From Bacteroidales bacterium (GTDB taxonomy: Bacteria > Bacteroidota > Bacteroidia > Bacteroidales > Paludibacteraceae): a stretch of DNA of 56,471 nucleotides. Within the stretch, counting starts at the first letter, position 1, and the number at the start of each line of letters is the position of its first letter. Under the pieces are notes generated by a model. That model worked only from the letters and a program-made list of their open reading frames with translations, ran no database searches and had not been told where the DNA came from. Position numbers and translations under genes: made by a program. The stretch is from positions 1 to 56,471 of the forward strand of contig CAAFXN010000080.1 of NCBI GenBank assembly GCA_900766775.1, given 5' to 3'. Shown piece after piece: positions 1 to 10,900 of the stretch.

Positions 1-141
1 CCTTCGAGAGCTTCTTACCCAATCCAAAGACTCAAATTCTTCCAATCAAAATGTCAAAGAACAAACGTTATTTAACGATTTATAAATTTAATGCGAAATT
101 TATCGCAACAGTACTAATAATTCATAATTCATAATTGTAAT

Positions 142-1692
142 ATGGCAACGCAAGAAGAAACATTTAAGAAACTGGTGGCGCACTGCAAGGAGTACGGTTT
201 TGTATTCCCGAGTAGCGACATCTACGATGGACTGGGCGCTGTGTATGACTATGGTCAGAACGGCGTGGAACTGAAGAACAACATCAAGAAATACTGGTGG
301 GATTCGATGACCCTGCTGCACGAGAACATCGTGGGCATTGGCGCGGCTATCTTCATGCACCCGACGGTATGGAAAGCGAGCGGGCACGTGGATGCCTTCA
401 ACGACCCGCTGATAGACAACCGCGACTCGAAGAAACGCTATCGTGCTGACGTGCTGATAGAAGACCAGATAGCAAAAATCGAGGAGAAGATAGAGAAAGA
501 GTTGGCAAAAGCACGCAAGCGCTTCGGCGAGAACTTCGACGAGGAACTCTACAAGCAGACTAACGAGCGCGTGCATGAGCATGTGGAGCACCGCAACACG
601 CTGCATGAGCGCTACGCCAAAGCGATGAACGACAACGATTTGGCGGAGTTGAAGCAAATCATCCTCGACGAGGAGATTGTATGCCCCATCAGCGGTACGC
701 GCAACTGGACGGACGTGCGGCAGTTTAACCTGATGTTCCAGACGGAGATGGGCTCCACGGCAGACGGCGCGATGAAGATTTACCTCCGCCCCGAGACAGC
801 ACAAGGTATCTTCGTGAACTTCCTGAACGTGCAGAAGACGGGGCGCATGAAGATTCCGTTCGGTATCGCACAGATTGGTAAGGCATTCCGCAACGAGATA
901 GTGGCGCGACAGTTCGTGTTCCGTATGCGCGAGTTCGAGCAGATGGAGATGCAGTTCTTCGTTCGCCCGGGCGAGGAGTTGAAGTGGTTCGAGCACTGGA
1001 AGCAGTTCCGCCTGCGCTGGCACAAGGCGCTGGGGCTCGGCGATGAGAAATACCGCTTCCACGACCACGAGAAGTTGGCGCACTATGCGAATGCGGCTAC
1101 GGACATCGAGTTCGAGATGCCGTTCGGCTTCAAGGAGGTGGAGGGTATCCACAGCCGCACCAATTTCGACCTGTCGCAGCATGCGAAGTACAGCGGCAAG
1201 AAGATGGAGTACTTCGACCCCGAGTTGAACCAGAGTTACACACCTTACGTCATCGAGACCTCTATCGGCGTGGATCGTATGTTCCTGTCGGTGATGTGCG
1301 CCGCCTACAAGGAGGAGACGCTCGAGGGCGGGGACACGCGCGTGGTGCTGAACCTGCCGCCCGTGCTTGCACCCGTGAAGGCATGCGTGATGCCGCTCGT
1401 GAAGAAGGACGGACTGCCCGAGAAAGCCCGCGAGATACAGGAGATGTTGAAATTCGACTTCCACACCAACTACGACGAGAAGGACTCTATCGGCAAGCGC
1501 TACCGCCGTCAGGATGCTATCGGCACGCCGTTCTGTATCACCGTGGACCACGACACGCTGACCGACAACTGCGTTACTGTGCGCTACCGCGACACGATGC
1601 AGCAAGAGCGCGTGAAGATAGACGACCTGCACGCACTGATTCAGAAAGCCGTTGACCCGAAGGTGCTGTATCGGAAGATAGTGAACGGCTAA
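142..1692 (+). CDS. glyQS: glycine--tRNA ligase (homodimeric class II type)
   Basis: 516-aa ORF. The N-terminus FKKLVAHCKEYGFVFPSSDIYDGLGAVYDYGQNGVELKNNIKKYWW and the body are characteristic of GlyQS. The antisense 544-aa ORF is a shadow. Confidence 0.95.
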   Translation: MATQEETFKKLVAHCKEYGFVFPSSDIYDGLGAVYDYGQNGVELKNNIKKYWWDSMTLLHENIVGIGAAIFMHPTVWKASGHVDAFNDPLIDNRDSKKRYRADVLIEDQIAKIEEKIEKELAKARKRFGENFDEELYKQTNERVHEHVEHRNTLHERYAKAMNDNDLAELKQIILDEEIVCPISGTRNWTDVRQFNLMFQTEMGSTADGAMKIYLRPETAQGIFVNFLNVQKTGRMKIPFGIAQIGKAFRNEIVARQFVFRMREFEQMEMQFFVRPGEELKWFEHWKQFRLRWHKALGLGDEKYRFHDHEKLAHYANAATDIEFEMPFGFKEVEGIHSRTNFDLSQHAKYSGKKMEYFDPELNQSYTPYVIETSIGVDRMFLSVMCAAYKEETLEGGDTRVVLNLPPVLAPVKACVMPLVKKDGLPEKAREIQEMLKFDFHTNYDEKDSIGKRYRRQDAIGTPFCITVDHDTLTDNCVTVRYRDTMQQERVKIDDLHALIQKAVDPKVLYRKIVNG

Positions 1693-1714
1693 GGCGTAGG
1701 TCTGCCTGTTCCAG

Positions 1715-1760
1715 AACAAGGGGCTGCCCGACATAAAAGTCAGGCAGCCTCTTGTTTGTT
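1715..1760 (+). terminator. intrinsic terminator after glyQS
   Basis: Hairpin aacaaggggctgcc / ggcagcctcttgtt (one mismatch) with a 14-nt loop, followed by tgtttgtt. Confidence 0.6.
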
Positions 1761-2019
1761 ATCCATTAATTGACGTTAATTATTCGTTAATTTACCAACC
1801 GTGGGCGGGACCCCGCGTATCCAGTGAGGCGTTAGAGAAACATTCTTTCGGCGGCTAAGGTACAAAAAAGAATGATATGCACAAGGATTTGATGGAAAAA
1901 GGTGATAAAATTACACCTTTTAGCAGCGTTTGCGGGTGTAGCATAGCGGTTTTGCGCTTTTAGTGTGTATTTTTTACAGAATATGTCAATTTCTCAACAA
2001 CTGAATCACAGTAGTGTAG

Positions 2020-2027
2020 TACCTTTG
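2020..2027 (+). promoter_or_regulatory. Bacteroidota -7 promoter box (TAccTTTG) for the pectate lyase gene
   Basis: Exact TAnnTTTG match, about 40 nt upstream of the ATG at 2067. Confidence 0.45.
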
Positions 2028-2066
2028 CACCTGATTTCAAGTCATACAATTAAAATCACAATACCT

Positions 2067-4529
2067 ATGAAGAAATTATCTCTTTTGCTGTTGTCCGTGG
2101 CGTTCTCTCTGTCATCGATGGCAGCGGTAAGCATCACGAAGACCGCAGGCTGGTTTGAGAGCGGCTATGTAACCTGGACGAACGTGTCCGGACAATCGTA
2201 CAAAGTTTATGTTCGTCCAGAGGGCGGCACCTACACGCAGTTGGACAACGAGTTGGTGCGCGACTACGGCTCGTATGGTCGTGCGGACGCGCTGGGCTTG
2301 AAAGCCGGCAAGTACCAACTGAAAGTGGTGGCGTCGAACGGCGACGAGGCTGAGTCGGAGGTGTTCACCGCCGTGGCGCACGACCGCAACGGTTTTGCCC
2401 ACGACGGCTGGTCGGACGGTATCGGCGCATACAAGAACGACGGCACGCTGAAAGACGGCACGCGCGTGCTCTATCTGACCGCCGCCAACGCGAAGACCAT
2501 CAAGTGCAACATCATGGTGGACAAGAAAGACACCGAGATTACCGGTATTCAGGAAATCTTGGCGAAACTGGAGAAAGGCACCGAGACTCGCCCCATCTGC
2601 GTGCGTATCGTCGGCACCGTGAAGAAAGGCGACCTGGACAAGATAGGCTCCTCGTCTGAGGGCTTGCAGGTGAAGGGCAAGAACGGCACGACGCCGATGA
2701 ACCTGACCATCGAGGGCGTGGGCAACGACGCTACGGTGCACGGCTTCGGCTTCCTCGTGCGCAACGCCTGCTCGGTGGAGATGCGCAACTTCGCCAGCAT
2801 GATTTGCATGGACGACTGCATGTCGCTGGATACCGACAACCACCATGTGTGGATTCACAACATGGACTTCTTCTACGGCGGCACGGGCAGCGACTCAGAC
2901 CAAGCGAAAGGCGACGGCACGGTGGACATCAAGGGCAAGAGTTCGCACGTAACGGTTAGTTACAACCACTTCTGGGACAGCGGCAAGTGCTCGCTGGGCG
3001 GCATGAAGAGCGAGACGACGGACTGCTGGATGACCTACCACCACAACTGGTTTGACCACTCGGACAGCCGCCACCCGCGTATCCGCACGGCGTTCTACCA
3101 CTGCTACAACAACTACTACGACGGTATCTCGAAGTACGGCGTGGGCGTAACCTGCGGCGGCTCGTCGTTCGTGGAGAGCAACTATTTCCGCAACTGCAAG
3201 TACCCGATGTTGGCTTCCAAGCAGGGAACGGACGCCGAGGGCGACGGCACCTTCTCGGGGGAGAACGGCGGCGTGAACAAAGCCTACAACAACAAGATTA
3301 TCAATGCGCGCCAAGTGCTCTATTGGTCTGCGGACAAAGAGGCAAGCGGCGCATGGGATGCCGTGCTGGTGGAGACTCGCGACGGCGCGGTGAGCGCGAA
3401 GGCGCTGACGGGCGGCACGGGCTACAACAGCGCTGCCGACGAGGCGGCCCGCAAGGCGGTACCCGCTTCGGCGATTGACCCCGTGGAGGACGTGGCGCTG
3501 ATTTGCCGCGGCGAGAAAGCCGGACGCGAGGGATTAGGCGCAGGGCGTATCGACGGCGGCGACTTCCAATGGACGTTCTACTACCCCGCGCAGGACGCCA
3601 ACTACGACGTGATTACCGACCTGAAACAGGCGTTGCTGAACTACAAGTCCACCCTCGTGGGCTTCTACGGCGAGGCTGCGCTGCCTAACGGAGGCGCTAC
3701 CGAGACCGTCAACGGCGGCGACGGGAAGGGCAAGACGCAGGCTATTGACGAGAAGACTGTGAAACCCGACTGGGCAGGCGGCAGCATCTCCGACGACGGC
3801 GACCTCGTGCCGTTCATCATCGGCGCGAACGGCGACTACTACTGGTTCAACGCCGACAACGATGAGCAGACTAAGCAGTACATCGCCGACGGCACGATTA
3901 TCCTTGTGGACGGCGGCAGTTCGTATGGTTCGGAGAAGCAGGCTACCTCCTCCGATGCCTCGTTCAGCGACCCGTACACAGGCGCCATCGAGGTGAAGAA
4001 AGAGGGCTGCTACGTTACCTTCTATTGCCCCGACAGCATCACCGCCTTTGCGATGAACGCTACGCGCGCAGGCTCGGCGAAGGGCGAGATACAAGTGTCG
4101 AACGACGGTAATTCGTTCAGCAAGATAGATGCCTACGAGACCAAGAAGAAAGGCAACTTCCAGACCACCACGACGCTGAGCACCCCCGCGCTGTATGTGC
4201 GTGTAACCAACGGCTCCACGGGTACGCTCTTCATCCACGGTATCAAGGTCTTCAAGACCGGTATTCCCGAGCCGACCGAGCCGGATGAGCCCGAGAACCC
4301 CGACGAGCCGGAGAACCCCGACGAGCCTGAGAACCCCGATGAGCCAGAGAACCCCGATGAGCCAGAGAACCCCGATGAGCCTGAGAACCCCGATGAGCCT
4401 GAGAATCCCGACGAGGGTTTGAAGGACGCTTCGAGCGAGTCTGCGGCTTGCAAGGTGCTGCAAGACGGGCAGTTGCTCATCATCCGCGACGGGCACACCT
4501 ACAACATGCAGGGCGTCATGCTTCGATAG
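2067..4529 (+). CDS. secreted pectate lyase (PL1-like) with PENPDE linker and short C-terminal sorting-type tail
   Basis: The start is set at the internal MKKLSLLLLSVAFSLSSMAA signal peptide; the ORF-track start at 1965 lacks one. PL1-type motifs present: VWIHNMDF and HHNWFDHSDSRHPRIRTAFYHCYNNYY. The C-terminus is KVLQDGQLLIIRDGHTYNMQGVMLR. Confidence 0.85.
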   Translation: MKKLSLLLLSVAFSLSSMAAVSITKTAGWFESGYVTWTNVSGQSYKVYVRPEGGTYTQLDNELVRDYGSYGRADALGLKAGKYQLKVVASNGDEAESEVFTAVAHDRNGFAHDGWSDGIGAYKNDGTLKDGTRVLYLTAANAKTIKCNIMVDKKDTEITGIQEILAKLEKGTETRPICVRIVGTVKKGDLDKIGSSSEGLQVKGKNGTTPMNLTIEGVGNDATVHGFGFLVRNACSVEMRNFASMICMDDCMSLDTDNHHVWIHNMDFFYGGTGSDSDQAKGDGTVDIKGKSSHVTVSYNHFWDSGKCSLGGMKSETTDCWMTYHHNWFDHSDSRHPRIRTAFYHCYNNYYDGISKYGVGVTCGGSSFVESNYFRNCKYPMLASKQGTDAEGDGTFSGENGGVNKAYNNKIINARQVLYWSADKEASGAWDAVLVETRDGAVSAKALTGGTGYNSAADEAARKAVPASAIDPVEDVALICRGEKAGREGLGAGRIDGGDFQWTFYYPAQDANYDVITDLKQALLNYKSTLVGFYGEAALPNGGATETVNGGDGKGKTQAIDEKTVKPDWAGGSISDDGDLVPFIIGANGDYYWFNADNDEQTKQYIADGTIILVDGGSSYGSEKQATSSDASFSDPYTGAIEVKKEGCYVTFYCPDSITAFAMNATRAGSAKGEIQVSNDGNSFSKIDAYETKKKGNFQTTTTLSTPALYVRVTNGSTGTLFIHGIKVFKTGIPEPTEPDEPENPDEPENPDEPENPDEPENPDEPENPDEPENPDEPENPDEGLKDASSESAACKVLQDGQLLIIRDGHTYNMQGVMLR
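4290..4415 (+). repeat. 18-bp tandem repeat x7 inside the pectate lyase CDS (encodes PENPDE x7)
   Basis: Seven consecutive cc(n)gagaa(c/t)cccga(c/t)gag units counted directly. They differ only at synonymous positions. Confidence 0.95.
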
Positions 4530-4555
4530 AGGCTGCCCGAGCATAGTTTAGAATT

Positions 4556-4598
4556 ATGAGCGCATTGGAACTGAGTTTCAGAGCGCTCATATTTTTTT
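4556..4598 (+). terminator. intrinsic terminator after pectate lyase
   Basis: atgagcgc / gcgctcat stem followed by attttttt. Confidence 0.6.
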
Positions 4599-4633
4599 AG
4601 GCAAGGGGATGTTGACTCTGTGTCTCAATCTTG

Positions 4634-4695
4634 CCCCGCCCCCTTACCCCCTCCCCGTCCCGACAGGTCGGGATAAACGAAGCGGGGTGAGGGAG
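4634..4695. repeat. GC-rich palindromic element (CCCGCCCCCTTACCCCCTCCCC family), intergenic copy
   Basis: It shares the head ccccgcccccttaccccctcccc with the copy at 51615-51663 (opposite orientation) and with the maf-internal copy at 42752-42788. It has an internal hairpin gtcccgac/gtcgggat. Confidence 0.6.
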
Positions 4696-4801
4696 TTGTA
4701 GGAAGTCGCCTCGCACACGTATGGGCTCGCACCTACGCTATTCTATATCGCCCCTTCGGGGCTTGTAGTTAGGAAGGATTGTTGGCGGAGGCGGACAGAC
4801 C

Positions 4802-4930
4802 GCAAATCTTAATAATCGCTGTATATTAAAAAATTAGTTGTATCTTTGCAATCGATTTACATCTTTAGGTATGAAGCAAGGTCGAACAATCGTTGGTAGC
4901 GAAAACCTTATTGTACATTTTGTCCCTATA
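4802..4930 (+). repeat. about 128-bp dispersed element carrying a TAtcTTTG promoter box (copy A); candidate sRNA or MITE-like sequence
   Basis: About nine in ten positions match 56342-56471 by eye. It contains aatcttaataatcg and a -7 box at 4841-4848. Confidence 0.6.
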
Positions 4931-4972
4931 TCGATACATCTAAAAACCAGATAGCTCGTACATTTTAAAATG

Positions 4973-7900
4973 TTACTTCGGGTATGTTATTCCCAAGGGC
5001 GTATAACACTGTTCACCACGGATGATAATCAATTGTCCATTACGGAATATCTTGCGTACCACGGTAGTGTTTTCTATCTCGGAAATAGAGGTGGGGGTAG
5101 AAACTATCGTGAAAAAGACTACATAGGTCTGCTGTGTACCGTTTTCAGCCGTTACCAACACATGCGCCTCTCCCGGCAACCCCGTTGCCTGCTCTATGTC
5201 GACAGTAGCCAACGGGTCAGAGGGTTCTGCAGTGAGATACGGGATGAGCGCGGTTCCTTGGGGTAGGGTGACCATGTAAGAAAACTCCTTTGCGTCAAAC
5301 GGCTCAATGGGTGTTCCATTGAAAGCCATACTCATTAGAGATGCATCACTGCTCAGCCCCATTTGGAACTCCACCGTATAAGTCGTTGTGTTGCTTCCGT
5401 CTGCAGATATCACCACCACCGATGCCTGACCTGGGAAAGTGGTCGCTTGTACGATAATGACACTCGCTCCCAAATCCGAAGATATTGCACTGATAGTAGG
5501 AATTGCGGTGGTGGATGATGGCAAAGAAACTTCATATATGAAATGGTCAGGTCGGAAGTTCTCAACACTTATGCCATTGTATGCCAATGCCGACAAAGTA
5601 GCATCCGAAGATAATTTGCGGGTAAACTTGATTGTATAAGTCAATAATGCACCAGTCTTGGCAATAACTACTACCGATGCTTGTCCAGGCAAAACGGTTG
5701 CTTGAATAAGCACTATACGTGATTGCGCATCGTAGGGTGTAGCCGCAATAACAGGACAATCTGTTTGCGTGGCAGGGAGTTCCACTGTATATTCCAGCAC
5801 AGCAGGGTTAAAATCCGGAACGGGAACTCCATCATACGTAATGCTCACGAGCGCTGCGTCGTGGACGAACTCCGCCCACAGGGTACTATCTTCTGTCAGG
5901 GTAATCGTACGGGGGTTCTCGGTGAGTCCGTCTGACCATCGTACAAAAGTATAGTCCGTAGCAGCATTGGCGGTAACGAACACCTCACTACCCAACAGAT
6001 AATCACCATCTCCATCTACAGTACCTCCCTCCGAAGGCGTTGCTAACAATGTCAGCCGACGTATTGCCACGAACTGTGCTTGTATGTTGTGAGAAGCAGC
6101 GACCGTAAGTTGCAACACATTAGAGGAAGCTTGTGCCCCGAGATAGTTCGCACCCTGCTCTACTCCGTCCACAATCCATCCAGCAAAAGTGAAGCCATCG
6201 TCAGCATGGGCCGTGAAACAAAGTTCCTCGCCATAAGGATAGATACCCGTGCTGTTTCCCTCTATCGTACCTCCTTGCGGTGTATCCACCTGCACACGAT
6301 ATTTTTTCTTATCGAACACCGCCACGGCTTTCATATCTCCGAGTGCAGTATAAGAACAAGTTGATACATCTGTGATTTGCTCGTCATTCACACTCCAATA
6401 GCAGAAAAGGAATCCTTCATTTGGAGATGCAGTCATGTTAAATGTCTCGCCATAGGCGATATTCTTCGGCACAACGACGGTTCCTCCATCGGCTGGCAAG
6501 ACCTTTGAAGTTAAAGATATATTACCCTCACGATACATATTCCATCCCTTTGACTTACCGCTCTTCCCTTGGAAATTTTCCATGTCTGTTATATCAGTGG
6601 TCTGAATGGTCAATTGATAATAGCCGTTCCCCGCCAAGGTATAGAGTTTGGATAGATCTATCGTATATGTTCGTTCGTTCTGCGGGGTGATGGTGATGAG
6701 TTGAGCATTGAGCGCCTCACCTTGGCAACTGATGGTGATATCATCGGTGGTGAAAGTAGCAGAGTTGATGGGCTTGTTAAAGACCACAATGAGTTCTGTT
6801 ATAGGGCTTGTTGCAAATCCATTTTCGGGAATGCCGATGATGGTATCTACCGCCAACCATGTATCCGGTGTTGGCATGAAAGTAAGTTGATAGGTCTCTG
6901 CAGAAAGGGTGGCAAAGCGGTCTGCGAAATGGATTCTATTCTCGTAGAGCGGTTGTTTACCATCTCGAAGCGTGCGGTCAGTGAGCCAGAAGTTATCCAA
7001 CGGAATGTTTTCACCATCGCTTTTTCTCACAACAGACAGCAGTGCCGCTTTGCCATAGGTGGGGTCTGCTACGGAGCCGTAGTTCCAACCTGTGGAGGAA
7101 GGAGTAACCAGCAAGGTGTATTCTGTGTTGGATATGCGCGATATCTGTGTGGCTGTGTTAATCGCTACCGACTCTGTTTCTCCATCCGTAGTATATAGCA
7201 TGTCTGGCAAGTCGTCGTCATCGATGATATCATTCGTAAGGAAGCCTAACATATCCCCCACACGCACGGCATGGATAAGTTCACGGATGGTTACCGTATC
7301 AAGCAACGAGAGGTCAGGGTTGCCACAACTGTTCACTTGCGTTGCCTTGACATCATAGTCGGTGAAGTGTCCCAAGAGCGAACTGCGGAACCACCATTGC
7401 GCGTAGGTGGTAGATTGTGCGGGGATATTCCCGAACTCTGTGGTGGTTTGCTTTCCCAGCGCGAGGGTCTTCTCCTGCCCGTTGAGTTGGGTGCTCATAA
7501 TCGCCATATTGAGGAGGAGCCCTTTCTGATTATCCACAATGGAGGGTTGCTCAGTGGTCATCCGTACATTGGTGGCATCTCCGTAGCCTTTGTTATGGAT
7601 GAGCAACGCGAACTGTGCATCAAGAGAAGGTTCTATCTCTTCGGTGAGCGGGTCATCGCCGAGGATATCGCGCTGCATGAAATAGGTGAGTTCGAGGTTG
7701 GGAGCAGGTTTGACAGTAAGCGTAACAGGAAAGAGTTCGCGGGTAACATCCAGCCCTGTGAAGGGATCTGTGTAGGTGAGTGTGCCGCCAAAGGTATAAG
7801 GTGTCTCCACCATCGGTGCCGCATACTTAGTAGGTATGAACTGTATCTTCGCCACGCCAGTTTGTTGTGCGGAGAGCGTCCATCCGGCATCGAATGCGAG

Positions 7901-10900
7901 TTCGCCGTTGAATTGGTCTATGCTTGCGAGGTTGGTTTGGAACTCATGCGCAGTAGCCACTATGCCCATGGGATCTCGAACTTCAAGATTCAAACGGATG
8001 TTCTCCATAGCATCGGTTTCATGTCCATTGAAGACGGTAAGCGTTCCTTCAAATGCCTGCCTTGTGAGTACCATCTGCTGTGAAAATTGCAGGCTGATAG
8101 AGGCACAAACGGCTTGCGATGCCTCTTCCAATCGCTCTTGCAGTTTGGTGGTTTCTGCCTGCCACATTTCTTCCATAGAACCATATCCCATGGCTCGGCA
8201 TTTATCTTCTTGCTCCAGAATGATAGCAGCACAGTCCGCAAGATGGTCCACATTTATGCAATTGGTCAGCCCTACCTGCTGTTCCTGAGGCAAATTGGAG
8301 TTGTTCAAACGTTGGATAAAGAGTTCAAACTGAGCATCGGTGATACCTGCTGGTTTATAGGCGAGGTAATCGTTTGATTGTAATGTAGTTTCTACTGATA
8401 AAGAGATGGCACTGAGCAAGTCATATAGTTCAACCGGAGAGGTGTTTTCCATCCATATAGAATCGCCAAACAGCTCAATATAGTATGCACAGTAAGCAGT
8501 TTGAGCGTCTAACATAATTTCCGCTTTACCTTGGAAATCCTGAATATAACTCGGATAGCCATTGTCTTGGTATGGCGAAGCATATCTTCCTTGCAGTGCT
8601 TGTTTAGCAGACGTGCCTTCTTTCTCACATGGTTGGAGGAAGGAATTGATACAACTGATGACCGAGATTGTAATACCTATGGCAGGGTTGACCCATTTGG
8701 AGAAAAGGCTTGCGAGACATCCTAAACCTGTTAAAGAGCAACTTATTCCGTTTTGCCTATTCCATCCTGTCACGTTTACATTTCTTGCGCAGTCTATAAT
8801 TCCCGGCAGACAGTCGTTATAGCCAGGAATAAACGACAGACCACATTCAAGAATCTTGAGCAAGAACTCATTCTGACAGGGTTCACATCCTTTGTCTTCG
8901 GTAGGAGGTCCTGCAACTATGGTGGCTATTGTACCAAATATACCACTTCCTCCTAATGTCGGAACACTACCCGGCGAAGAAGGATAATAGGGATTCGGTA
9001 TTTCTTCACCATAAGTGGGCGGATATTTTATGATTTCCCAAGTAGTGGAATCTTTGCTATTGCATGCACCCACTTGCATAGCAACATCGTATCGATGCCA
9101 TCGTCTATCGTTACCGCAGTCCCAATAATATAGTGTTCCTACTTGTCCGACACAAGGATCATTATCTATCGGTTTATTGCTCGTGGGGGGGAGTAGTTTC
9201 GTTTTGATGGGAGCAACGGAGGCTTCTTCTTGCGCGGGTTCGTCTATTGCGGTATTCGTAGTATTGGTTACGCGAACAGGTATCTGCACACTCTGCTGCG
9301 GCGCCAATCGGAAAGGTTCATTGTAACTCAATGCCTCAAACTGCAGTACGGAGAAGTCGGAAGGAAGAACGAGCGACACATCTTCGGCAGTGATAAGTCC
9401 TTTATTGGTGAGTACGGCGTAGAAAATCAGCGATTCGCCGTCGCCCAATTCCTTCGCAGGGATGCTGTTTGGCATCGTGAGTTCTACCACAGGTACGGGC
9501 ACATTGGTCTCGTACTGAACAGTGGTTGTGATGTCATACTCATCTTCTATCTCCGTCTCTTCCACTTGAAAATCTACCCGTATTGCTTCGATACTAAGGT
9601 TGATAACCGTCTTCGTCTCTGTCCCCGGGTCTACTAAGATGTTCTTCCGATAGGAGCTATGCCCGTTGGCGGTAACATCGAGCACATAGTAGCCTTCCTG
9701 CAATTCGGTAGTGAAAAGCCCGTTTTCATCGGTTGTACCTTCGGCAATAGTCTTCCCCGTGGTGGGATGACTCACTCGCACGGCGGCTCCCCGCAGGTGG
9801 GGTGCCTCTGCGGTGTAGTAGGTGTTCTCATCGCACACATCCACCACGAGTGTGCCCATTGATTCCGATACGGGCGTGATGGAGAATGGCAACGATAAGC
9901 CGGAGCCATTGGCGCAGTTGATACCAATCGTTCCCGTTACGGGATAGTTGAGCGGCATGTCGTCTGTCGGTGTGAACAGCAGAATGACTTGCGCGGAATC
10001 GGCATATTGCATAGAAGGCATCTCGCGGGGCGTAGCAAGCGACATGAAAGAGGGTAACTCAAGGCTTATCTTGCCCGTTTCTCCCCTGCCAACATTTGTT
10101 AAGATAAACGAGTAAACTCGTTCTTGCCCCTTCACCATAGTAGTGTTGATACGTGCAAGTGAAGCTACGAGTGCACCCCGCGGGTTTTGACAGAAATAAT
10201 ACACGGTGATAGGCAGTTCTACCCCTTCTTCCGTCTGCGCGAGCAGCTCCACTTTGCTCCAATCGTTGCCCTCCGTCGATTGGGTGGGAGTCAGTTGATA
10301 AGTCAATGCCACACTGCTTCCTGCCGGTATCTCGGAAGGTGCTTCAATGTTGAAGGTGCAGTCTTCCGGTTTTGACACTACTTTCACGGCGAGCCCTTTC
10401 AGCGGAACATGGCAGGGGTTTTGTATGCGAATGGAGCCGGTAGCTACATCGCCTAACACCAATTGGTGTGTAATAGCGTTTGTAGAAGTACGTTTCATAC
10501 CATAGACGCTGATGGTAGCCATCGGCTCTCTTTTTCCCTCATTCGGGTAGCATGCGCCGACAGCAAATGTACCAATCTGCCATTCCTTTGGCTGGTAGTT
10601 CATTTGGAAATGCCCACTTTCGTCCGAAGTAACCGTGGTAGCATAGCGATAACCATCGTTGATAGCATATACTTCTATCGTTTGATTTGCCTGTTTCTTT
10701 CCTCCCACCTGCCCCGAAATCAGTACGCTATCGCCCACTTGATAGAGCGCTTTTTCGGTCTGTACACTTAGTTGGAAAGGCGAGATTACATCTATCTTCA
10801 GTACCTGAGAATAGTTGTTGGAATAGGACAGTTCTTTCTGCTCTTTCTTTTCGTTTGCCACTGCATACACCTGATAGGTGCCTATCTTGCTTGGAACAGG

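Noticed and set aside
100-1734. 544-aa minus-strand ORF covering glyQS. Similar full-length antisense ORFs cover pepD (27174-28454), ackA (46142-46897), pta (47226-48197), feoB (53602-54627) and the LRR gene (35963-37129).
   Set aside because: The opposite strand in each case encodes a protein with unmistakable family motifs. The antisense products have no motifs and skewed composition.
1965-2066. N-terminal extensions offered by the ORF track: pectate lyase from 1965, giant gene from 26336, pepD from 28586, Ntn-hydrolase from 33218, 679-aa protein from 42118 and pta from 48245.
   Set aside because: Each extension lacks signal-peptide or family-consistent sequence. In each case an internal Met begins a canonical signal peptide or family N-terminus, and several extensions run through repeat elements.
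4871-4954. 27-codon ORF (MKQGRTIVGSENLIVHFVPISIHLKTR) inside copy A of the 128-bp element.
   Set aside because: The equivalent position in copy B reads ATG GAG TAA, so the conserved feature is not this peptide.
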